Source: Geosiphon pyriformis uo1
Lineage: Eukaryota; Fungi; Glomeromycota
Reading direction: 5' to 3'
DNA length: 64,000 bases
Assembly: GCA_016748015.1 (NCBI GenBank)
Contig: JAAOMT010000697.1
Location: 887,152 to 951,151, forward strand
In this document: positions 12,461-22,843 of the stretch, in pieces
How the letters are laid out: each line of letters starts with the position of its first letter
How positions within the stretch are numbered: the first letter of the stretch is position 1
Made by a program: the position numbers and the translations under genes
Notes under the pieces: generated by a model
Database searches by the model: none
What the model saw: the letters and a program-made list of their open reading frames with translations, nothing else
What the model was told of the DNA's origin: nothing

Positions 12461-13333
12461 TATTACAAGTGATTATTTGGGGTCTTAGGTCAAATATCAA
12501 ACCCGTAACTTGGTGCTTAAAACTACTTGTGTTGTTGATAATATCTTTAAGTGGTTGGTATCTAAAGGTTTTCTAAATGAGTTTTTTGTATAATGGACAG
12601 AGATTCAATAGTTGTTTTATCTGTAGCTTCTCAGACTTACAAGTCTGTCAATTCTTTTCTCAGCTTGGTGGCCAGCAATCCTCTGGTAAGTAATTCGTAT
12701 TTTCTGTATGTGTTCTACCCACTCGCAGAAGTCTTTTACCAGGCAATCCTTGATGTCAATAATCAGTGCTTTTAATTAATCGGTTAGTGCACAATAACAA
12801 AATTACAGAAAATAAAGAAGTAAAGAAATATAAAGAAAGATAAAAGAGAAAATAAGAAATAAGCCAAGGCAATTTGCAAGTTAGTATCCTATCAATAGCT
12901 GTGATCAAGAGTTATTGTTCCAGTGTAGTTAAGTATCAATTACTATCAACATAAAGTGTTGATAGTGAAGAGTGAATTTGATATAGTGAATAATTATTTA
13001 TTTGAGAATTGTGGTAACTAAGCTAAGAATTCTTAGTGTCAATTCTGTCTTTTCTACTTTTAATGCTACTGCTATATATACATATTTGAGATTCCTTAAT
13101 TCCTCAATTCCTTGCAACAGGAATCCTGGAATTTCTAGAATCTTACAATTCCTGATGAGAGGAATCCTGGAATTCTGGAATTCTGCAATTCCTTGTCGGA
13201 GAATTCTGAAATTTCTGGAATCCTGCAATTCTTCTGAGAGGAATCTTGGAATTCCACATTTACTACATCTACTTCTGATTGGCTAATATCTACTGACTAA
13301 TAATACTATATTTCCTATATTCTATAAGTAACA
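12461..13333 (-). repeat. 3' LTR of gypsy A
   Basis: Same length as, and co-linear with, 32661-33533. Confidence 0.93.
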
Positions 13334-13346
13334 TTATTTCTTCCTT

Positions 13347-14006
13347 TTAATATTGAGCTTCATCAAAATCTAACTTCTTTAATTCTCCTTCTTAGATTAT
13401 TTTCTGAACTTCTTTTTTAAGTATTACTTGTGTTATTTTAGTTTGTAGTTCTTCAAATTAAGTGTTGGTCATTTTTTCCAATTGATTACTTGTAACTGTA
13501 TCCATTGCTGTGTTAAGTAAGATTTCTGGTCGGTTTTGAAATCCCATATATAGCCAGTAAATAGCTTGAGCTTGTGTGGTTAGATTGTTCTTTCCCACAA
13601 ATTATTCTAGTTGTCTTAGTATTATTGTGTCGAATAACCATTTTGTTTTATTGGTGTATAAATTCTGGATATTTATGTGTTGTCCCAAGTAGAAATAACA
13701 ATAGTTTTTTGGAAATTGTTGTGTCCACCAAGTCCATGTTTCTCTGATAAGTTTTTGGTGTAATCCGACTATTTGTTGTTCTGTTATGGCCAATTTTATC
13801 TTGGTCATGATCTTGTCAACAACATTTTCAAGTCTTTTTTGTGCTTTGTTTTATGGTATTTTTGTTGTATTTTTGTAACGAATGGTTTGTTGATTGATTG
13901 TAATTTCCATCTCTTGGTATTGGATTAATTAAAAAATTTGTTGGGCTAGTGAATGGATATTGTCTGTAATTTCCATTTTTCTGATCTCTTCTGTCGCATT
14001 GACTAT
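13347..14006 (-). pseudogene. ORF3 of gypsy A (220 codons)
   Basis: Same 660-nt span as ORF3 of B; contains ETWTWWTQQFPKNYCYFYLGQH. Confidence 0.8.
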
Positions 14007-14029
14007 GTTTTTATATTTTTTTTTGTCAA

Positions 14030-15412
14030 TCAATTGGACATGTTGTTGTCAATGATAATGATTGGTTCCAAATCTTGTGGAATCTCATCTGGTTGGACTA
14101 GTATTCTCTGTACTCCTAATTGTGGAATATTACTAGTGAATGAAGATGCTATATGGTGGTATGGTTTCAGTCGATCTCCATGTGCTGTTTTGGTCAAGAT
14201 TTTGTTATTTAATCTTAATTTGTAAGCTTCATTTCTTAGAATTTCTTCTATGTGAAATGGTCCATTCTATTTGTGGTCAAATTTTCCACTCCATTGTTTT
14301 TCTGCTCTGGTATAATGTAGTAGTACTTTGTTTTCAATCTTGAATTCAATTGGTTTATCTGATAGTTGGTTATTATGTGTTTCTTTTTGTTTCTCTTGTG
14401 ACTTTTGTATGTTATCAGCTGCTCTTCATTATTTGTTTTCTAATGTTTCCATTAAGTCATATGTTCTTTTCAACAATGTGTTTTTGAAATTCTCTTCTGT
14501 TATTGGTTTGGTTGAGTATGTGCTGACTTCTATTTCCACTGGTAGTGTTGCTGTTCTATCATATACTAATTCAAATGGTGTTGCTTGTGTAGTATCTTGC
14601 TTCATTGTCTGATAAGCAAATAGTACTAATAGTATTAACAAATCCCAATTGTTCTGGTTTTCTTGGCTGAGTTTAGCTATTGTTTTACACAATGTTCTGT
14701 TGAATCTTTTGACTAATCCATTGGTTTGTGGATGGTATGGTGATAATAGTGGTCTCTTAATTCCGAATCTTTGGCTCAATTCTGTTAATGTTCTGTTCAC
14801 AAAATGAGTTCCTTGGTCTGATAATAATTTTTTTGGACATCTGTGTCGACAAATTAAATCTTGATGAATGAATTTGGCAACAGATTCTGCATCCGCTCTT
14901 TGAATTGCTTTCACCTCTGGCCATTTAATGAGATAGTCCATGGCTACTGCTATGTATCTGTTTCCTCTGCTGATAATTGTTAATAGTCTAACTAAATCAA
15001 TTCCAACACGGTCGAATGGTTGTCCCACTTTGATTAGTCTTAATGGTTCACTGAGTTTCATACCTCCTCTTCACTAACAAGCATCACAATTTTGAACATA
15101 TTGGATGATATCTGGATACATTGATGGCCAATAGTATCTTTTTTTGGTTCTTTCTATGGTTGCTTCTTTGTAAAAGTGTTCTGCTGTTGGATTTAAGTGC
15201 ATGTTGAATAATATTGTCACTTTTTCTGGCTCTGTAATTACTCTGGTTGGTTGCTCTAGATCTCTTTTATTTTTCCAATACAGTATATTTTGGTGAGTAA
15301 TAAAATATTTTGATTGTTGTTTGATACTCTTTCATTCTGTTTGAGATAAATTCTTCTTGAACTGTTGAGTGTTTATATAATGTTGCAGTTGTTGATATTT
15401 TTGTATGTTCAT
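14030..15412 (-). pseudogene. Stand-alone integrase ORF of gypsy A (461 codons)
   Basis: ORF 14429-15061 has the DDE core (GIDLV, SDQGTHF, YHPQTNGLV). The C-terminus is GPF-type. Confidence 0.9.
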
Positions 15413-15473
15413 CTTTTGTTATATTTTTTGTTAGTATTGTTTTGGTTTTGTTATATTTTTGGGTTAAATGTTT

Positions 15474-18400
15474 TTAGATTTGTCTCATTCATGACAACCC
15501 GTCAGCATTTCCATTGTCTTTTCCTTTTTTATAATGTATAGTATAATTATATAGTGCGAGTGCCATTTTTCATCTTGATTGTCTTTCATCTCCAAATTCT
15601 TATTTTTGAAGTGATGTTAATCCTTTGTGATCTGTGTATACTTCAAACTTCTGGCTCAAGTATTCTTTCTATTTCATGACTGTTCAGTATATCACTAAGT
15701 GTTCTTGTTCTGGTGTTCCATAGTTCTTTTCGGCTGGTGTTAAACCTTTGCTAGCATATGCTACTGGATGTTTTCTGCCGTCTGGTCTTCTCTGAGATAA
15801 TACTGCTCCCAATACTTGGCCAGATGCATTGGTGGTGATGATGAATGGTTTGCTGTGATCTGGATAGATCAGTACTGGAGCTTGAATGAGCTTTCTTTTC
15901 AGAATATTAAAAGCTTCTTGTTGACTTTTTGTCCATTTATATTTTGTATTCTTGGTTTGCAGTTGGTTGAGTGGCCACACTATCTTAGAAAAGTTCTTGA
16001 TAAAACATTGATAGTAGCTGGCAAATCCCAAGAATAATTTCAGTTCTGTCATATTGGTCAGCACTGGAAAGTTCTTTACTATCTCTATTTTCTCTGGATC
16101 CGTTTTGATGCCGTCTTTGCTGACTATGTGTTCCAAGAATTTTAGTTTTGTCTTGTCAAAGAAGCACTTTGTTGCATTTAACTTTAGTCCTGCTCTTTTT
16201 AGTCTTTCGAACACTTGTTGAAGATGATGAAGATAATCATCAAATGTTTTTGATAATACATTTGTGTCATCCAAGTATACTACTACTGATTTCCACAATA
16301 AGCCAGTATAAATGATTTCCATTAGCCATTGGAAAGTTGCTGGGGCATTGGTTAAGCCAAATGGCATCACTTCAAATTCAAAATTCCCTTCTCTAGTAGT
16401 GAATGCCATCTTCTCTTTGTCAGCTGGATTCATGGCTACTTGCTAGTAACCACTGTCCAAGTCTAATGTTGAGAACCATTTGTTTTCACTAAAAGCATTG
16501 AATAATTCCTGTATTCATGGAGTTGGATAGCTGTTTCCATGAGTTATACTATTGAGTTTCCTGTAGTCCACACAAAATCGGATTTTTTCATTCTTTTTAC
16601 AGACAAGTACCACTGGTGATGACCATGGGCTCATTGATGGTTGAATTAGCTCATTGTCAAGCATTTGGTTTATCTCTTGACAAATGATTTTGTGGCTGGC
16701 TGGTGGCATTCTGTATGCTCTTTGTTTAATTGGCATTGCATCTCCAGTCTTGATCTGATGCTGGATGATGTCAGTTCGGCCAAACTTGTTTTCACTGGCA
16801 AAGATGTCATTGAAATTGTTGAGCAACATCTTAAGTTGCATACATTGAAGTGGATCTAAGTTTCCCATGTTCATTTGTTTCAACTGTTCTGATTGGAGCA
16901 AGTAACATTCATTTCATCCATATATTGTTTGTGATATGATATTAACATATCCACAAAGTTGTAGAAAGTCTAGAATGGTGCTTGGTGGTTGATCCTCTAT
17001 TTCTGTGGTCAAATATTCAATTGTGGTTCCTTCTGGTATATTGACAACATTTCCAGTGTTGTTGTAGATGAGAATTTTAATGTGGCTATAGTTCTTGGCT
17101 GGTATGTGGAGATTGATGAGTCCAATTTCTCTTGATTCACAAAGACTTGCTTCTGCTTCAAAAATTTGTGCTTAGTCTTTTACTTTTTTTTCTATTGTTA
17201 CCAGGTACTGGTTGTATAGTGGAATGAAAATTGCTTGACCAGTTGAAATAATTTTTTCTTGGCCAACAATTTCTTCCTCCACTATATTAACTGATATATC
17301 TATTCTACCCGTTGACCCAAATCCCTATATCTTTCTTACTGTTATTCCTAACTCTTCCCTATTTCTCACTGGTACTAACCGAGCTATCTTAACCAACGGT
17401 AAGAATATTGCCTGTGCTATCTTTTCATTTGGCTCTATAATATAGGCTTTTTCTAAGTCATTTTGTAGCATGGCAATGATATTTCCTATGTATTCTGTGT
17501 CAATTATTCCTCCTCTTATATTAATCTCTCTTTTTGCTAAACTACTCTGGGATGCTAGTTGAACCATTGTTGTTGCTGGGATTTCCAGTACTATTTTCAG
17601 ATCAATGCAGGTGCGCAAATGTGGTTCCAATTTGATGGCATCTTTTTCTGGATACCTCAAGTCAAATCTGGCATCAGTATCATGTATGCATTCTGGCATA
17701 ATATCTTCATTATTATTGTTGAACCATTTCAGTTTTTGTTCCTTGGTGAGATTAGGAAGCACAATATATTGTTCATAGTTTAAGTCAGAGTTTAAATTTG
17801 AGTTGATATTGTTGTCATTGTCATTGCCATTTTGAATGAAGCTGGAACCATTATTTTAATTGTTGTTATTGTCAGAGTTTGAATCGGAATTGAATGATGA
17901 TTCCGACTCTGATGCACAGCTGCTGATTGGTTCTTCCTCTTTGGGGATCATGTAGATTATGCATGGTGGTAGATTGTAAATAAGGTCACAATTGTCACAA
18001 TATTCAAAGTTACTGGGAATTAAACAATGGCAACACAGTCTTGTATTTAACTGTGCTAGCCATTGTTCTTGCTTCTCTCTAGTGGGTGCCAAGTTTTGGT
18101 AGTGTTCATGGAACTCTTTTGGTTCCAGGAAATTTATGACTGGCTCTGTGTTCCAGTCAAGCTTGATGGGTTCTGGTGGGTTGTTTTTAATTGTCCTGAT
18201 TTTTTCTGACAATGTGCCTTCAATTTTGGTGATTGCTATTTGCCATAATTTATCATCATTATGTGGACAACTGTCCAATCATTGTACAGCTCTTCTCCAG
18301 GCGGCTTCTATTGGTGTCCTTTTCTCGACCCAGTTGTTGATAAGAATCATGTATTGACAGGAAATGTCACACATTCTTCCTCTCCCAGGAATGTCATTCC

Positions 18401-21255
18401 ATATTCCTTTGTCAAGAAGAGTTTCTCCACAGGCTAAACATGGTGTATTATCCCATTTTCCCACTCATTTTGGTCTTCCAAAGCATTTAACGAGGCATGC
18501 ATGGCAATAAAACTTGGTTGCTGTATGATATTTTTTGTCATTGCCACAGCATGCGCTCATTGATGACAATTTCTTGCTGCAATCAATGCACACTAATTTG
18601 GGTTGGCGATAAGTGAATTGTTATGGTGTTGTGTATTAATAGAAGATATATGGGTTTGTTGGCAGTGGCTTTTCTTCTTTCACTTTTTCTTTCTCTTTGT
18701 TGCTTTTTTCCCATTCCCAGCTTGGTGTTGGTTTCCTTTCATCATTGTCAGTCCAGGTCAGGTTATTTATTTCCCAGGTAAGTTCCTTTCTTTGCTTTCC
18801 CTTTGGGTTGTCATTTCACGATAGTATTAGTGGTAGCTCATAGTGGTCTTTATTGTCGGTCCAAGCATCAATAGTGGTTCCACAGATAGGTTTTTTTCTT
18901 TGTTCCTTCTTTCCATTGTTATTATTATCCCAGGCAAATATTGGTGGCAGTTCATTGTGGTCAACATCAGCCCATGATGCTTGGTACACCTCCCAAGTAG
19001 GCTTTAGTTTTTTCTTCTCGAGATTGATAAGTGGCACTGATGTTGTGACATAGTTAGGTTTGAAATGGCCACATGTTGCCAGTACTTGCGTGTGTTGGCC
19101 ATTTTGGCTGAGCTGGAGCTCCTGTGTGATCCAGTTGAGGACAGCATTGTTTTTAGACAACCAATTATTGCCCACTAGTGCTTGGTATTGGGTTGCTTCT
19201 ATCACCAAAACTTTGATAAGAGTAATGATGCCATTAACTTCAATCGGGAAGTTATCAATTTTACCAATAGACATTTTTGTGGTGCTATTGGCAGTGATGA
19301 TTCTAGCACTGGTAGCTCAAACAACTCAGCAACCTAATTGATCTATGAGTTGTCGTGTGATAATGCTGCCTGCTGAACCACTGTCAAAAATTAACTTGAT
19401 GGAGTGGCCATCAACTTTCGTATTGGTATACATGGCAGTAATAGGTTTTTCTTTCAGAGCTGCTCTACTGAATAAGGGGACTAATGTAACTTCCTCAAGT
19501 TCAAATGGAAAGATGGCTGCTAATGACTCGTCATTGGTGACAATTGCTGGTGGGATGTTGTTGGTAAGTATTGTTGGTTGTTAATTGAGTTCTGGGTTGT
19601 TGAAAATAACGTCTTTTGGGATAACCAGGAGACTTAAATAGTTCTGGGAATTCGGGTTTTGGGTGGAACTGATACCTGAATTCCGCTAATGAAATTCCGA
19701 TTGCTGGTCTGATAAACTGGGGATCAGTTAATAAACAACCATTGCTGATCTCCAGTTTTGGGTGATTCTGGATTTCAGGTTTCCTGACGTCATTGTAGCT
19801 GAGTTTTGGTGTGGCATTTGAACTTGTTGGGGTTAATAGATTACTGAAAGCTGCGGCTGATAAATGACTTGTGGCTGTGGTTGATAAATTGTTGGTGGCT
19901 GCGGCTGATAAATTGGCAGTTGATATATTGTTGGCTGATAAATTGGTTGTTGCATCATAGGCAGGTAAGCGTTTTGATATTGTTCTTAATTGAATTGGCG
20001 ATTCGGAGTCTGAAACTGGTGATTGGAGTTTTGATAATGATTTCCTGATTGTGGATTGCTATAAGTATGATAGTTTGTCCTAATATGCTCTTGTTTACCA
20101 CAGTTGTAGTAGACATGCATTTCTGGCTGTCATGACTGATTAATAAACAATCTTGGATGTAATTGATTCTGGAAACAATTCACGTTTCTTAAATTATTAC
20201 ATTGTTGGGGTGGCTGATAAATTACATAATTGTTAGCTAAGTAGCCTTCTAATTTCTGATTAATGTTGTCACTAAATTGTTTTAGCTTGGAATCCAGGTC
20301 AGATGATCCATTTATTACTAAATTTACAGCTTGAACATGGCTAGCTTCTAACTTGGCGGCTTCAAAATCTCTGACATGAGTCATGGTGGTTGGGAAATCA
20401 ACTGGATGCATTGAACATACTTGCTGGAGGATGCTACTGCGCAATCCTCAAATGAATTGGTTCAAAATCTATGGTGCTGTAAAGTAGTCAGCTTGGATTG
20501 CCTGAATTTGGCACAGATTTCTATAAAAGTGTCCCAAGTAAGTGATGACTACTTCTGTGTCTCCTTGTTTGATGGTGGTGAAAATACTTGCCAAACAGTT
20601 GATGCTGTTGTTATCACAAAAATATCTCAAAAATTCTAATTTAAAGACATTAAAGTTTTAAGATTTCTGGGCTAGACTGTGATACCAAGAGTCTGCCATG
20701 TCTTTGAGAAAATAGGAGATGACTTGCATGGTTTTGGCATCATCTCAGTTATTGGTGGTGATTGCTTTGACAACGTCGTTGATCCAGGCTTGAGCATTGT
20801 CTTCTTTGCCAGTGAATTTCTCAAGTTTGGCTATTGGTATATATGCTATTGGATCTAAGTTGGGTTGAGGTGGTTGTTGAAGTGGTACTAATGGTTGTTG
20901 AATCTGCTGGTGTGGTTGTTGTGGTGGCTGGCCAATCAGTCCAACTGGTGGTGGGTTAATGACAATAACGGGAGGTAAGTCTGGTTGATTAATTAGATTG
21001 GAGTTCTGATTGTTCTGATTTGGTGGTGGTTGAATATTCGGAGTTTCGATTTCTGGGTTTTCTAAATTTAAATTTTGCTGGGTTTGAAGATTTGGTGTTT
21101 CCACTTCTGGGCTTTCTGTGATCAAGTTTTAGTAAGTAAATTCTTGATCTTCCGATTCTTTTTTCTCTTTTTCTTCAGATAGTTCCCACGGAATAGTGGT
21201 TCCAAAGTCTGGTTGAGGCAGCAGTAATTGAATTCCTGAGGATATTGATGATTGC
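15474..21255 (-). pseudogene. pol: gag-pol of gypsy A (capsid, CCHC, protease, Cys-rich, dUTPase, RT, RNase H); gag N-terminus continues at 32030-32598
   Basis: ORFs 20745-21125, 18816-19274, 17325-17762 (dUTPase), 16515-16901 and 15684-16433 (YLDD; RNase H TNASG, AYAS). Confidence 0.92.
17310..17705 (-). pseudogene. dut: dUTPase domain of gypsy A
   Basis: Motifs DARFDL, ASQSSL, GGIIDTEYIGNI, EKIAQAIF and R..*GFGSTG. Confidence 0.9.
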
Positions 21256-21295
21256 TGTTACTCATAGAAATATAGGAAATATATTAGTATGATTA

Positions 21296-21582
21296 TTAGC
21301 CAATCAGAAGTAGGCATAATAAATGTAGAATTCCAGGATTTTTTTCAGGAATTGCAGGATTCCAGGAATTTCAGGATTCCCCGACGAGGAATCACAGAAT
21401 TCCAGAATTCCAGGATTCCTCTCAAAGGATTTGCAGAATTCCAGAAATTCCAGGATTCCTGTCATGAAAAATCGAGGAATTGAGAAATCTCAAATATGTA
21501 TATATAGCAGTAGTAGTAGAAACAGAAAAGACAGAATCGATACCACAGAATCCTTAGCCTAAAAACAAAATCATCAAATAAA
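21296..21582 (+). promoter_or_regulatory. Putative LTR promoter: CCAAT box (~21299), 9-bp-period GGAATTCCA array (~21325-21485), TATA-like TATATATAG (~21499), AATAAA (~21577)
   Basis: The motifs occur in the same order in the family LTRs; function is inferred. Confidence 0.55.
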
Positions 21583-21843
21583 TAATTATTTTATATCTCA
21601 ATCTACTCTCCACTATCAACACTTTATGTTGATAGTAATTGATACTTAACTACACTGGAACAATAGCTCTTGATCACGGCTATTGATGAGATATTAACAT
21701 ACCAAATTGCCTTGGTTTATTTTTCCTATTTTCTTTATTTTTATTTTCTTTATTTTATTTTCTTTATTTTTTTTGATTTTGTTGTTGTATACTAATTGAT
21801 TAAAAAATTAAGCACTGAGTTATTGACATCAAGGATAGCCTGG

Positions 21844-22491
21844 TGTTACGGGATGGTTTTCTTGTTATATTTAATTGCTGATATCCCGCTTTAATTGCAA
21901 TCAGTCTTTCGTGAGTTCCTCAATTCTATTTGTGTGATAATGTCACTGTTACACTGAAGGCTTTCTTTTTACTGTTGCGATGTAAGTTATTCTTTAATTC
22001 TTGATTGTTGTGTGTGTTTATGTACTCCTTCTCAGAGGCTGAACTGAAATCTACCCACTGTCTGGGGTCTTTTCTGAGGCTATCCTTGCAATTGCTTGAT
22101 GTGTTTCTCTAATCTAGAAACACAGAATGTTAATGGTCTTTGGCGCTTTTCTAATTCTTACAATAAAGCTTTTATCAATTAGTAACAACGTGAATAATCT
22201 TGATCAAGGATTATTCTTCCAAGGGATTCAGTTGATGAATGATAGTTTCATTCAATAAATAATACAAGTAAGTTTCTTAATACTTTGGGTTGTGATAGTT
22301 CCGTTTTAAATATTCTTTTTCATTTCTNNNNNNNNNNNNNNNNNNNNTGAACTGGTGCTTGCCACTATCGCGAGATGGTGTTTGCTACTATGTTAATCAT
22401 TACCTTTCTAAGATTATTACTGTGCTATATTATGATTGAATAGTTTGTATTATTTTTATGATTCTTTTTGCTAAATTCTTAAACCGTAACA
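21844..22491. mobile_element. Element J: LTR of an unrelated family (solo LTR or collapsed full element; contains N gap 22328-22347)
   Basis: 8-bp perfect terminal inverted repeat TGTTACGG...CCGTAACA, perfect TSD CTGG (21840-21843 / 22492-22495), and absent from the 3' LTR of B. Confidence 0.85.
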
Positions 22492-22783
22492 CTGGTAAAA
22501 GATCCAGAAATAAGGGTAGGATTTTATATATTATCAGATAGCTTACCAGAAGGGCATGACTGCCAGACTAAATCTGGCCACCACACTGAGAAAGAAATTG
22601 GGAAAACTCTTGGAAAGATACATCTACTATCGACACTATTGAATCTCTGTCTATTATATAAAGGACTTCAACAAAACTTTCAGATACAACACTTGCAAAA
22701 CCTCATCCATGGAAATAGCTTTTGAGCACCAAGTTATGGGTTTGTTATTTAATTCAACAGCAGAAATAATCACCTGTAACATT

Positions 22784-22800
22784 TGGTGCTCCCTGTGAGG
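22784..22800 (+). promoter_or_regulatory. Primer binding site TGGTGCTCCCTGTGAGG (elongator tRNA-Met or tRNA-Ile(UAU)-like 3' end)
   Basis: Starts with TGG after a 2-nt spacer from the LTR. Its complement CCUCACAGGGAGCACCA resembles eukaryotic Met-e/Ile-UAU acceptor ends. Conserved in A, C, D, E and G. The tRNA identity is not verified. Confidence 0.8.
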
Positions 22801-22843
22801 TATAATTCTACAGAAAACCAGCACTGACAACACCAAACCAAAA

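Larger units (their letters stand above)
21256..22781 (+). repeat. 5' LTR of gypsy B (interrupted by J)
   Basis: TGTTACTC...TGTAACA; matches 31153-32025 once 21844-22495 is removed. Confidence 0.93.

Noticed and set aside
21325-21485. CRISPR-like appearance of the palindromic GGAATTCC repeats
   Set aside because: No unique spacers, no cas genes, and a eukaryotic LTR context.
22496-22781. Protein-coding frame in U5 leading into gag
   Set aside because: Indels between subfamilies are not frame-preserving (15 vs 17 nt spacing) and conserved stops occur.
22784-22800. tRNA gene
   Set aside because: Only a 17-nt complement of a tRNA 3' end (PBS); no cloverleaf.
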